Source: the human T2T-CHM13v2.0 reference genome, Homo sapiens. Taken from it: a DNA stretch of 64,000 bases. Both the position numbers and the translations under genes were made by a program. The notes beneath the pieces were generated by a model that was not told the origin of the DNA, searched no databases, and saw only the letters and a program-made list of their open reading frames with translations. Below, one piece after another: positions 18,619 to 33,212 of the stretch (its first letter is position 1; each line of letters starts with the position of its first letter). The stretch lies in the NCBI RefSeq assembly GCF_009914755.1, contig NC_060925.1; one strand, given 5' to 3'.

Positions 18619-20680
18619 AAGAGCAGACAACTCTTAAAATTTTCTCCTTCTTTCCCAAGAGGAGGAGAACTTGTGGCTGTGCTTTAGACATTATAAATAA
18701 ATGTAAGTTAAAATTTTGTAGTTATTTATAGAGATACTTGATAGTTTTGTACCTCTCTAAATATTTTCCATTCTCCGGGGCTGAAAAAAAAAAGAAAAAA
18801 GATTTGATTTCCAGGGAAATGGTGTTGAAGGGGAATTTTATCTGTATTTTATTACCAGTATTCTGAAGTTATTCATGCAATGTAAAAAAATTAAAGGATC
18901 ACAGTTGTTATTTTAGAAATGTTCCCTCCTCACCTATTGTGTGTCTTGCCCTTTGGCCTCCTTCATTTTTCTTGTCTTTTCTGACTTCATGTTGCTACTC
19001 TTGTCATCATTTATCCCTTTCCTTTTGATCCATCCCATAAATTACCCCCTGCCCTTGGTCTGAATTTGACATCACCAAGACCAGGTTATGCCTCTCTACT
19101 CTTCATTTTCATTCACTTTCTTTCCTGTGGTCCTCTTTGCCCTCTAAATCCTGTACCTTCTACAGAATCCTTGAGGTCAACACTGAGATTCAAGTGGCAA
19201 GAGATAATGAGTTTTAAATGTCAAATGTTCTATGAAAAAGAAAACTTTAAAGATGTATTTTGACTTAAACTCTTTTTTCTTTGATATATTTCTACTGTCA
19301 TAAGAAGTTATGATTTCAAAGAGCTAGAGATCTATTTTCATCCATGAAAGATGTCTCATCCTACGCAAAGGTCACCAAGCTTTAGGAAACATTGGGAGAT
19401 GAAAACATATGCTTTTGAGAACATAATAAATACATCCTATTGAAAACAAATTTTTCTATACTTTTCCATAATTTTTAATTGTTTATGATTACTACTTAAT
19501 ACTTACTGAGGTTTCAGCTGAAATTTTACTGTAGAACAGCCAGCTTCCTTTCATACTAAAAAACCAAGCGTTTATCAACCACTTACTATATACTTGTCAT
19601 TGCTCAAAGCATTGGGAGATACAGAAAAATAAATATATAATCTCAGAGGTCTCAGTCAAATAAGAAAAACAAATCTATAAATATGTAAGCAGCACAGTGT
19701 AATAATACATGCATACTCCAATATTTGCCAAAACAATGATGGAACCATGGTGTTAGGAGATGCAGAGGTAGATTAGACATGGATCCTGCCCTTAATGAAT
19801 TTACAGTCTAGTGAAGAAGAAAAGATAGGTACATGACAAATAAAACAGATTAGAAAATGAAACCTTGTTAAATTTTCTTAAAGGGGCTGTGAAATTTTGG
19901 AACAGGAAACTTTTATTTACAACTATGGGAAATCAGAGAAGATTTCATAGAGATAATGATATGGAAGCTGGACCTTGAAGACATAGCAGTGGGAACTCTA
20001 TTGTTTCCACTTAGTATTGCTGTGAACCTAAAACTGCACTAAAAAATAAAGTTCAATGCGGAGCACGGTGGCTCAAGACTGTAATTCCAGCACTTTGGGA
20101 GGCCGAGGCAGACACATCACTTGAGGTCAGGAGTTCGAGACCAACCTGGCCAAAGAAGATTATTTAATCTTTCCCTTCCTCCACTCATAGTAGCAGCTTC
20201 TATTGGATTGATACACACTGAAGAAGTTTGCCTGGGCTCCACCCCAAAGAACTGCAATCAGCTTTCACAATTCAGTTGGTCACAGTTAGTGCCATATTGG
20301 ACACTCCTCAGCCCACCTACCGCCCTGGGTGAGGGAAGTGGGGAAGATCTCTTTTGCAGAACTTTCCTGGAGGTACAGAATTTCAGGTTCTCCTGATAAT
20401 AGTTAGGCTCAACCAGTTTTTAGGGCATCCTCATTAGGCATATGCATGGCATGGGAAATGGGATACAGAGACCTCCTTTGAGACACTATTCATACTACAG
20501 CTTGCTAATCAGGGTGCTAAAATATACTGGTAAACAGCAAATGGATTACAGGCATGCTGAGAGATACTAATCTCCTTGGCACTCACAGCAACTAAGCTGG
20601 CTTGTCGCCAAGAGAGTCACCCCCAGCCTTAAGCAGCCTTCTTTGAGGATCTTCAGAGAGTTGAAGGAGCATGAGCAACT

Positions 20681-20935
20681 GGGCTGGGAGCAGGGGCTCA
20701 AACCTATAATCCCAGTACTTTGGGAGGTCAAGGCAGGAACTTGAGGCCAGAAATTCCAAACCAGCCTGGGCAACATAGCGAGACCTCCATCTCTAAAAAA
20801 AAAAAAAAATTTTTTTAATTAGCCAGGTGTGGTGGCACATGCCTATGCTCCTAGCTACTGGGGAGTCTGAGGCAGGAGGATCACTTGAGCCCAGGAGTTT
20901 GAGGCTGAAGTGAGCTGTGACTGCACCAGTGCACC
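20681..20935 (+). mobile_element. AluJ
   Basis: Alu consensus match. Confidence 0.85.
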
Positions 20936-21719
20936 CCGTCTATTACTTGGATATTGACTTTAGGAGCCAGCTCTCTACGTTATTTCAAAATAATAATAGA
21001 GCTACATTTTAAAGAATGTGCCTGCCTTTTTAGAGTGGTCACTTAGAACACACCAATACCAATGAGCATATAGACATATTTAATATATGCAACAACAAAG
21101 ATTCAACTACTGTCTGCCCAGTGCTTGCCATCAGCCTTGTTGCCATCCTCCACCCTCATCTTGCTGGAGGGAATGCTCTTAGGAACCTATTACATAACTC
21201 TTCCTGCAGCTCCATGAACCCCTTGTTCCAGGAGTTTGGATGGGGACTCCCGACAGGCACTGGACAGCCAGCAACTTAAATATCTGTCATCACGTAAGTC
21301 AGACACACCTCCCTATTTGCTATTAATGGTTTCTAAGTGACCATCCCAACAATGCAAATGCCTTCTGCAAAATTTTGCTATATTATTATATTGAAATACC
21401 TGGTATGGAAAAGTTTTATAGAAATCACATTATCATAAGAAATTTCAGTGTTACAATTATAAGGAGAAGATAAGGAAAGGCTATTATTTCCAATATAATT
21501 CATGTGTTATAATTATTTTAAATAATTGTGAAGATTGGTTTAAATTTTGTCATATATTTGTGGGAAGAGAATCTATTGTTGAATATAAAAATATTGAAGA
21601 GAATATTATTTAAAAGTCTTAATCAGAAATTACATAAAGCCATTCAACTATAACACCTAATATGAAAAACTTACAGTCACGAAAGCAACTTTAAGGCCTC
21701 ATTAAAAATTATGAAAATA

Positions 21720-21867
21720 GAGCTTCCAGATAGCTGAATACATGGAGGTTCCTGGAGGGTGGTGCACCCAGGGAGGGTATGGAAGCTCCATTCCGCTTCC
21801 CCCATATCTTACTGTATGCATTTCTTCATCTGTATCCTTTGTAATATCCTTTATAATAAACTGGCAA
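21720..21867 (+). mobile_element. MER21-type LTR fragment
   Basis: agcttccagatagctgaatacatggaggttcctggagggtgg...cctttataataaactgg. Confidence 0.8.
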
Positions 21868-22898
21868 TTTTTTTTTTTTTAATTTAAAATAGAGAGAAAG
21901 CCAGGCGTGGTGGCTCACACCTGTAGCCACAATGCCTGGCCGGTAAATGTTTTTTACAAGGAAGCCAAAAACCTAGAAAGAGACGTTTGCTTTATTGATA
22001 TTGTCTGCAATGAAATTCCAGAGCACTACGACAAAGAATCTGAGGATCCTAAACACTTCAAGTCAGAGAAGACAGGATGGGGACAGTTAAGGGCAGGCTG
22101 AATAGATAGACATCAGCCCATCATGTGCTTCTACAAGCTGGAGACCACCAGTGAGGTTGGAGGTCTGGAGGCTTCAGACCAAAGTAGGGCAATTTGTACA
22201 CAAGTCAGTCAAAGACGACATAGGCTTTTGCATGGGTTGATGAATGGTACATGATAATGGATGATGTTCAGGAATATGAAAAAAACATGCCTGAGCAAAC
22301 TAACATAAAAAGTTTGCAATCAACATTCCTCGCCTGCAAATGACATAGTGAGTCATGCCCAAACAAGTACATGACAACTGATGAAGTCTGATAATTTGAA
22401 CGAGCCATTCAGGAAGCCATCAAGAGGAAAATTGGCATTGTCCCACCTGCAATTTCTAGCTCAAGCATTCCCCGACTGCCTTCTTCTGGCAGCAGTCCCC
22501 TTCTAGTGCTTCATCACTCCATCACCCCTCGTTCCACAGATGTACCTGAATTGCTGTCAGGTCCCAAATATTGGCCCCGGAAAAAGTCTGCCCCAGTAAC
22601 ACTCATGCTTCCAGACCCTGAGAAAAAAAGCCACCCTGAATGTACTTGGCACATACTCTTCAGATAAACGACGTCAGCATAAATCAGAGTTACTTCATAT
22701 GGATATCTCATGGGGTTTTATATTTTCATTTTGGCTTGTTTTTAAAAAAAAAAAAATCTGATATAGAAAAAGGTGCTTTGTCACACAAACATGTTCCTTC
22801 AACCTCTGAGTGTGCATATGATTAAGTAATTTCACATATGATTCCCTAAGTATGCCACACAGCATCACATAAGATGTTAGCTGTAAGATTTGCAAGGG

Positions 22899-23967
<1,069 letters not shown>

Positions 23968-24584
23968 GTAAAGTCAATTTCCACTCATCAAACCTGAAAT
24001 TCTCCAAAATACTCTCAGGCATAATATACTTAATTGTTAAATTTCGAACTGCTGATCATCAATATTTGAATGCCAATAGTTATTAAGGTCCCTATGTTGT
24101 TAAGTGTGACTCAGGATTTGGGGCCTAATTAACTCTTTAAACTTTTAAAAATTTTAATATCAATCTTTAGAGGCTCCAAGTGTAATTAATGATAACTTAT
24201 TTATGCTTTCCACAGAATTTAATAAAGATTCCACTTAGAATAGAAGAAGAAGATAGTGCACAAAAGGATTTGGTTAGAAATTGAATCGATTTATGGCAAT
24301 GAACTGCTTCCTGCTCTGTATCAAGAAATGATTCATTTGGCTGAGGATGCACTTCCCTGCAAAGGGGAAACCAATACTGTGCAGTGGAGACGCCTAGGTT
24401 TTGAAGACCAACAGATTGAGCTCAATTCTAGCTTAAAAATTTGCTACCTGTATAACCTTGGTCAGCACCTCCAAATGTCAATTTTATTAATTGTGATTTA
24501 CCTTTTATTTAATCAACAAAAAACGCTTAAGGGGCACCTTCTCTGTACTGGGTATTATTCCAACTGCTGTAAATTCAGCAATAA

Positions 24585-24888
<304 letters not shown>

Positions 24889-25182
24889 TAAGTGCTCAGA
24901 AATGTGAATTTTTTCCTATTTCTCTAATACACTACCTTTTCAAAATTCATAAACATCTCAAAGCAAAAACAAAATCCACTTGTTTCTGTCTTTTAATAAC
25001 TAAAATAAAAATTATGAAAATATTTTATTGGTTTTCTATTTAATATGTCCCCCAGTGCTGTGTAATTTCTCTTCTCTTCATAATCATTTAATATAAACAA
25101 TGGTGAATTGTTCCCCTGGCTTCATATAGACACCCTAAATCTTCTTCAGTTTACCCCAGTGTGTGGTACAAATATCATTTTG

Positions 25183-25494
25183 GGGCCAGGAGAAGTGGCT
25201 CACTCCTGTAATCCCGGCACTTTGGGAGGCCAAGGTGGGCAGATCATTTGAGGTCAGTTGTTCTAGACCAGCCCGGTCAACATGGCGAAACCCCATCTCT
25301 ACTAAAAAAAAAAAAAACATACAAAAATTAGCTGGGCATGGTGGTGCACATCTGTAATCCCAGCTACTTGGGAGGCTGAGGCATGAGAATCACTTGAACT
25401 CGGGAGGCAGAGGTTTCAGTAAGCCGAGATTGTGCCACCACACTCCAGCCTGGGCAACAGACCAAGACTTGGTCTCCAAAAAAAAAAAAAAAAA
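25183..25494 (+). mobile_element. AluS
   Basis: Alu consensus match. Confidence 0.9.
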
Positions 25495-26339
25495 TCACTT
25501 TAGTGTGTGTGCCATGACATGGAAAAGCTTAAGAGACACTGATTTATACTGATACACATTGACCATAAGATTTGCAGAAAATATGCAAATGAGGAACATT
25601 TGCTAGAGTATGGATATCTTTATCAGTGCATTCCCTGGAAAGGCTAGCCTTCTCTTGTAACTATTTGGAAATGAAACAGAAATCCTGAGATTTATAGAGT
25701 AACCTTGATTCTTCAATTCTTTCTTCTCCCAATTCCTAAGTAACATGTTCTCATCTAATTCATTTCGATTTTTCAGATCTTGCCAGTAAACTAAATTGAT
25801 GGATTATCTGCTTATCTTATATCCAGTATTCAACTATGTACCTGGGAAGAATACGGGGGAAAAAATACAGACACTTAGACTTTGAACCAACCTTAACCAC
25901 AAGAGTTAAGGAACGGGGGTCCCAGAAGGGAGGTTGGAAATGGTCTAAAATGGAACAGGTGCATGAGAAGCAACTTTACACAAAAGATGAGGGCAATGCA
26001 GCCCCAGAGTAAATTGTGACCCACTGTAAGAGAGCAACTTAAAATGCAGCTCACAGCATATGAAATGTCTCCAGCTGAATTCGAAGGACTAAAGCCCAGG
26101 ACAAAGCAAAGAGAGAAGCCTAGGATCTTGGCCTATGTCATTTTCTGTGACTCCAAGATCAAGTAAATAAATAATGGGCAATAACCGACTTCATTTGGAG
26201 CCATTTAAAATGATTGCCTCCTTCAGCAGTGGCGTAGGACACCCAGCACACAGATAGGACCTGACAGGCAGGCGGTCAGGAGATGGCACTGAGCGTGAAG
26301 CTATTGGTAGGAAGGTATCTGGGAAAGAAAAAGCACTTG

Positions 26340-26700
26340 CCTGAAATCCCCAAAGCTTTCTCCATTAATGCCTGTTTTAAAATGCCCAGAGCATTTCTGT
26401 GAACGATTAAGGGGAGGCAGAGTTACCTAATGAGGCTGTTAAATTCATTAGTTGTGTGCTTGATCTATGTCTGCTTCAAATGTGCATTGGAACAAGGCCT
26501 AGGATGTTAAGTCTGTCAGAGGTCATAATCAATAGCAATGTGGTCACTCGGTCCTGAGCCATAGTGAAAGGTTGAAGTCTCCTCCTAAACCCTTTCTTTG
26601 AAAATGCAAATGGTTAATTACTGTCATTTGCATCTGCAGCTATGCAAGCTATGATAATGATGTGCTATAATGAAACCTATGCCTCCGGCTATAAACTGAT
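26340..26700. promoter_or_regulatory. Candidate enhancer with inverted POU octamers around a TAATTA site
   Basis: ATGCAAATG 26604-26612, TAATTA 26615-26620, CATTTGCAT 26625-26633; several TAAT/ATTA cores; lies in a repeat-free block of about 1.5 kb. Confidence 0.35.
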
Positions 26701-26815
26701 GACCTGAGGGGCTGAGGGAAGATTCTCTCCACCTGTGCACAGGGATTTCAGATTCTAAAGCATGTTAGAAAATTTGGGGAATTGTTCATAACTTAGGGCA
26801 AGCTCCTAACGGTAG

Positions 26816-27449
<634 letters not shown>

Positions 27450-27612
27450 TAATCACTTCTTAGGAATGGAGCTTTCTTTGTGCTAATGCATTCTTAAATA
27501 ATCAATTGTATATTGTACAAAGCAAGCAGCTTCATAACAGGCTTAAAAATAACAGGGTGTGTTGAAAAAAAGTGAAAAAATCTATCAATCTATCAATCCA
27601 AAACAATGTTAC

Positions 27613-28300
27613 TCATCTTGATATTTCAAAATATTAATTTTTCACTTATCATCTGGAAATGTGGGAGTTGGATAGCCTTCTCTTAGCCGTTTTGACTATT
27701 TTGTTAGGCAAATTTTAATAACTGTTTCATCAATTGCAACTTTGTTTATTGCATTAGTCACAGTAAGACTTTGGAAAGGGGCCAGGCAGGCTGAGGCCGG
27801 TGGATCGCTTGAGCCCAAGAGTTCGAGACAGCCTGGGCAAAATGGTGAAACCTCGTCCCTACCAAAAATATAAAAATTAGCCAGTCTTATAAGCCAGTCT
27901 CTAAATAAACAAATAGATTAACATTTTAGGCCAGGCATGGTGGCTCACACCTGTAATCCCAGGACTATGGGAAGCTGAGGGGGGAGGATCACTTGAAGTC
28001 AGGAGTTAGAGACCAGCCTGGCCAACATGGCAAAACCCCAACTCTACTAAAATTACAAAAATTAGCCAGGCATGGTAGCAGATGCCTATAATCCCAGCTA
28101 TTCAGGAGTCTGAGGCAGGAGAATTGCTTGAACCTGGGAGGCAGAGGCAGTGAGCCGAGATCACACCACTGCACTCCAGCCTGGACAACAGAGCAAGACT
28201 CTGTCTCAAAAAAAAAAAAAAAAAGACTTTGGAAGAATTTGAAGGTGAAACAACACACTGGGATTTTTGTTACTGTTGGGAGTGGAAGAGATGGTTGCTC
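27613..28300 (-). pseudogene. Fossil exon split by an Alu monomer + Alu insertion
   Basis: Removing 27777-28234 gives [74 protein letters not shown]; donor GA|gtaaca; acceptor unresolved. Confidence 0.42.
27780..28224 (+). mobile_element. Alu left monomer with non-Alu tail, followed by an AluS
   Basis: Both inside TSD aagactttggaa. Confidence 0.85.
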
Positions 28301-28517
28301 ATTTTTATTTCATTTTAACCCTCAAAAGATTTTTTTAAGACTCCTAAATTTCATTCTTTCTTTTCTCTCATTCCATGTGTCCTTTCCTTCACCTCTATTG
28401 TTTTCTTATCATTGTGGCTCTCTTCTTATATCCTTACCATAATCATAATAAAAGCTACCATATAGTGAATGGCTAATATAACCCAGTCACTTTATGCAGA
28501 AAAGCCATTTATCTAAA

Positions 28518-28813
28518 CTTTTTTTTTTTTTTTTTTTTTGAGATGAAGTCTCACTCTGTTGCCCAGGCTGGAGTGCAGTGGCGCGATCTCAGCTCTCTGC
28601 AACATCTGCCTCCTGCGATTCTCCCGCCTCAGCCTCCTGAGTAGCTGGGATTACAGGCACGTGCCACCATGCCCAAGCTAACTTTTGTATTTTTAGTAGA
28701 GACGGGGTTTCACCAGGTTGGCCAGGATTGTCACGAACTTCTGACCTCAGGTGATCTGCCCGCCTTGGCCTCCCAACGTGCTGGAATTACAGGCATGAGC
28801 CACGTGCCCAGCC
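28518..28813 (-). mobile_element. AluS
   Basis: Alu consensus; TSD ttatctaaactttt. Confidence 0.9.
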
Positions 28814-28934
28814 TTATCTAAACTTTTAATACAAATGTTGACAAGCAGAAGTTAAATAACATGATCAAGACATTCAGGATTTGAACCTAGATCATTTTTA
28901 CTATGAAGCCTAGACTCTCTCTACTTCTACTGTT

Positions 28935-29100
28935 TTTCTTTTTTGTTTTTTTAGAGACAGGATCACTCTATGTGGCCCAGGCTGGAGCACAGTGGTGCAA
29001 TCATAGCTGACTACAGCCTCGAGCTCCTGGGTTCAAGGGATCCTCCTGCCTCAGCCTCCCAAGTAGCTGGGACTACAGGAGTGCCACCATGCCCGGCTAT
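28935..29100 (-). mobile_element. Alu right arm/FRAM
   Basis: Monomer match. Confidence 0.8.
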
Positions 29101-29497
29101 ACTATTTTTCTTTTTATTGCTCTCAACTCAGACCCAATACAACTTACTTCACGTGTATGTTTTGATAAAACAGTTTGCATAAGAGTGATTAGGGGTTGGA
29201 AAACTTGGAATAATGGTGAAGAAAGGAGAAAAAATAACTCTGACCTCCCTCCCAAGCCTTTGTTGTCATACCTTTTTATGCTCTTTAGTGTTATACCCTT
29301 GAGTCATGCTTTCTCCTAACACATATGAACATTTTTGTACCCGTATTTTCAGTTTACAAAGAACTTTTGCATGTATCTTCTAACACAGTTCACCTCAGTT
29401 GATGAAAAAAAAAGAAAAAAAGTTATACAAAAAACTGTTTGTTACAAATTGAAATTTTGTAATAAATGTTTAATGAATAAGATTTTCTTCTATCCTG

Positions 29498-29683
29498 GTA
29501 GGATTGCCAGATTCAGCAAATAAAAATACAGGACACTACATTAAATTTTAATTTCAGACAAATAATAAATCATTTGTTTAGTATAAATATATCCACACAA
29601 TGATTGGAACATATGTATACCAAAAAATTGTCATTTATCTGAAATTCAAATTTAACTAGGAATTCTATATTTTACCTGGCAAA
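29498..29683. mobile_element. MER3/MER33-type hAT element
   Basis: taggattgccagattcagcaaataaaaatacaggaca...tatctgaaattcaaatttaact...ctggcaa. Confidence 0.78.
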
Positions 29684-29684
29684 C

Positions 29685-29852
29685 TTTTTATTTTATTTTA
29701 AATAAAGACAGGGTCTTACTCTGTCACCCAGGCCTGGAGCACAGTGGTGCAGTAACAGCTCATTGCAACCTTGACCTCCAGGGCTCAAGTGATGCTCCTG
29801 CCTCAGCCTCCCAAGTAGCTAGGATTATAGGCACACACCACCATGCCCAGCC
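29685..29852 (-). mobile_element. Alu right arm/FRAM
   Basis: Monomer match. Confidence 0.8.
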
Positions 29853-30489
29853 CTGGTAACTCTACCAGTAAAGAGGAACCAAAAATTTCTCTTCTACACA
29901 GGCTTTCTAGCAAGTAATTATTTCAGTAGAAAATACTAGCAGGGCTCCCTTTTTTAGCAAAATCTGGATAAGTAATTTAGTAAAGCAAAGATTTCCTCTA
30001 TAAAACAACTGTGAGCTGAAGTGTCTTTTTGCATGTTTGTATTTAGGTGTAATATGTTTCTCGAAGTAGTCTACACCTTTAAAACTATAATTTTAAAAAA
30101 ATAAAATAAAAGCATAATTTTAAAATAGAAGAAAGAATCATTCTTGTTTGAGTTTGCTTCAGATTCAACCAACATAGAAACACATTTATAAAACTATTTC
30201 GGCAGCAAAAGAAATATGAACTTCAGTTATCATAAAGATGAAAACAAAATATTAAAGCAAATGAGGAAGAAAAACTGCCTTTCACAGACATCATTTTAAT
30301 CAACTAGAATGATTTAGTCCATTATATTTTGTTCTGTAAATACAACATATTAAGATCTTCCTCTGTGCTTGGCAAAAGGTATGAGATTTATATAAGGTAA
30401 GCTTAAGACTACTGAAGACAGGGGATTCAGAAATTGTGATACTGCATGTCAGGGAGATGACTAGATAGGATGAGTCTTAAGAAATCCAT

Positions 30490-31034
30490 GACCGGACCCA
30501 GCAATCCCATTACTGGGCATATACCCAAAGGAATATAAATCATTCTACTCTAAAGACACATGCACATGTATGTTCATTGCAACACTATTGACAATAGCAA
30601 AGACATGGAATCAACCTAAATGTCCATCAGTGACAGACTGGATAAACAAAATGTACATACACACTGTGAGACACTATCTAGCCATAAAAAAAGAATGAGA
30701 TCATGTCCTTTGCAGGAACATGGATGGAGCTGGAGGCCATCATCCCTAGCAAAGTAATAAAGGAACAGAAAACCAAATACCACATGTTCTCACTTATACG
30801 TGGTAGCTAATGATGAGAACACATGGACACAAAGGGGAACAACAGACACTGGGGGCTACTTGAGGGTGGGAGGAGAGAGAGGATCAGAAAAGATAACTGT
30901 TGTGTACTAGCTTTAGTACCTGGGTGATGGAATAATCTATACATCAAACCCCCGTGAGCCAAGCTTACCCATATCACAAACCTGCACAGGTACTCCTGAA
31001 CCTAAAATAAAAGCTTAAAAAAACAACAAAAAAA
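30490..31034 (+). mobile_element. L1PA (about PA15-16) 3' fragment
   Basis: cccagcaatcccattactggg...cctaaaataaaag; TSD aagaaatcca. Confidence 0.88.
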
Positions 31035-31680
31035 AGAAATCCACAGATGTACAGAGTTTGAAGTACTCAACACAGAATTGAGGGATGATTTCAGTCACCC
31101 TTCAAAATGTCTCTGACATCTATCTCCATCAATTCCTTCTCCATTACTATTGTCAGAAAAACAGCTTTCTATGTGACACAGTGCTGAGTAAGCCCAGTGT
31201 TTGTCAGGGTCTCATATTCAGAGTAAAAGTTGCTCTCATTGAAACTATTACCACCAAAATCTTATAAGCAGAACTGACTTGGAGAAGGAAAAACTGAGGT
31301 CACATTCACCTCAGACCTACACTGTGTTTAGAAAAAGATATGAGGGGGGATGATCTCCCAACCCATCCTTGGGAAAGTGCAGCTGCCTCCAGGGTATAAA
31401 CATGGGCCATTCACCTCCCTTTGTGACTTATAGGATGAGCATTCTCATAAATAATACATGCAGGAGGCTGTAACTGTATTATTTTGATGTTAAAGGTCAT
31501 CAGTATTCTTTCCAAATTATCACAGTGGTGATTTTATTTTCCCAGAATTTGCTTGTTTAGAGAGGTTAGTCTATAATTGTTTGCATTTGTTTAGGACGTG
31601 AGGATCATGACTGACCAACATAAACAACCAAAGGGCAGGTCATTCATTCGAGATAAAACCAGACTAGGGAAACAACTCAC

Positions 31681-31769
31681 AATATTTAGGATTAGGCTAT
31701 CTTCTCCATGTAACAGTGTGAAACAGAGGAGCTCTTGTTACACCATAGCAGCTCTCAGGGATCTAAAAT
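31681..31769 (-). pseudogene. Fossil exon
   Basis: ccacag| ... ATT|gtgagt; FRSLRAAMV*QELLCFTLLHGEDSLILNI. Confidence 0.45.
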
Positions 31770-32375
31770 CTGTGGATATTTAGATTGACTTAATTATTTG
31801 AATAAGAGTAAAAAATAAAATTTCTTCTTTTCTTCTTTAATTGCCACTCTTTTTTTAATTCTTGGACGTTTTAGTCTGCCTGCTTATGACTCAGTGAGAA
31901 TAGACAATTGTCAAACCAACAAAAAAGTACATAGCACTTACCATGAACTTGGCAACATGCTACATCCTATGAGGAATTAAAAGACAAATGAGGTATAGTT
32001 GTCCTCATGGAGCTTACAATGTAGCAGGGATTTAGACTGCAAAAGCAGAACTAACTATACTATAAATATAGAATGTGGTAAGTGCACAGGGAGAGAAGCA
32101 AAGTGTTATGAGGACACACAGAAAAAAAAAAAAGTTTAATTTAGGTTTTCCAGAAGACATATCTTCTAAGTCTTAAGAAGTAGGTAGGGTTTCTGTTGGT
32201 AAATTTGGGAGAAAAACAAAAATTCCAAATGTGCATTGGATCAAAAGCATAGCTGTAATTTATGGTACAGCATAGTCACAAAACTGTTGGATGTAGGGTG
32301 GCTGAAACAGGACATGATGGATAAGTTTGAGGATATAGTATAAATAATAGACTGTCTGTTGTAGTGGACTTTTAG

Positions 32376-32787
<412 letters not shown>

Positions 32788-32894
32788 TGACTTTTCCTTT
32801 AGGGAACCTCCCCAGTAATCAGTCACTGTTCCAGTAGGGCTAAAGAGAGTGTAGAATAGGATGAAAAAAATCTAAGAGGCAGCTTCAATAAACT

Positions 32895-33212
32895 TGTATT
32901 AGTCCATTTTCACACTGCTGATAAAGACATACCCGAGACTGGGCAATTTACAAAAGAAAGATGTTTATTGGACTCACAGTTCCACATGGCTGGGGGTGCC
33001 TCACAATCATGATGGAAGGTGGAAAGTGAAAGGCACATCTTGCATGGCCGCAAACAAGAGAAGAGAATTTGTGCAAGAAAACTCCCTCTTATCATGAGAA
33101 CAGCACAGGAAAGACCTGACCCCCATGATTCGATTACCTCTCACTGGGTCCCTCCCACAACATGTGGGAATTCAAGATGAGATTTGGGTGAGGACACAGC
33201 CTAACCATATCA
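32895..33212 (-). mobile_element. THE1 (MaLR) solo LTR
   Basis: tgtattagtccattttcacactgctgataaagacatacccgagactggg...aaccatatca. Confidence 0.92.

Noticed and set aside
18620-21340. Further possible fossil exons (acceptor at 18780; islands at about 19.3, 20.2-20.7 and 21.1-21.3 kb; also 29.9-30.08 and 39.7-40.13 kb)
   Set aside because: Frame or splice boundaries ambiguous by eye; not listed as features
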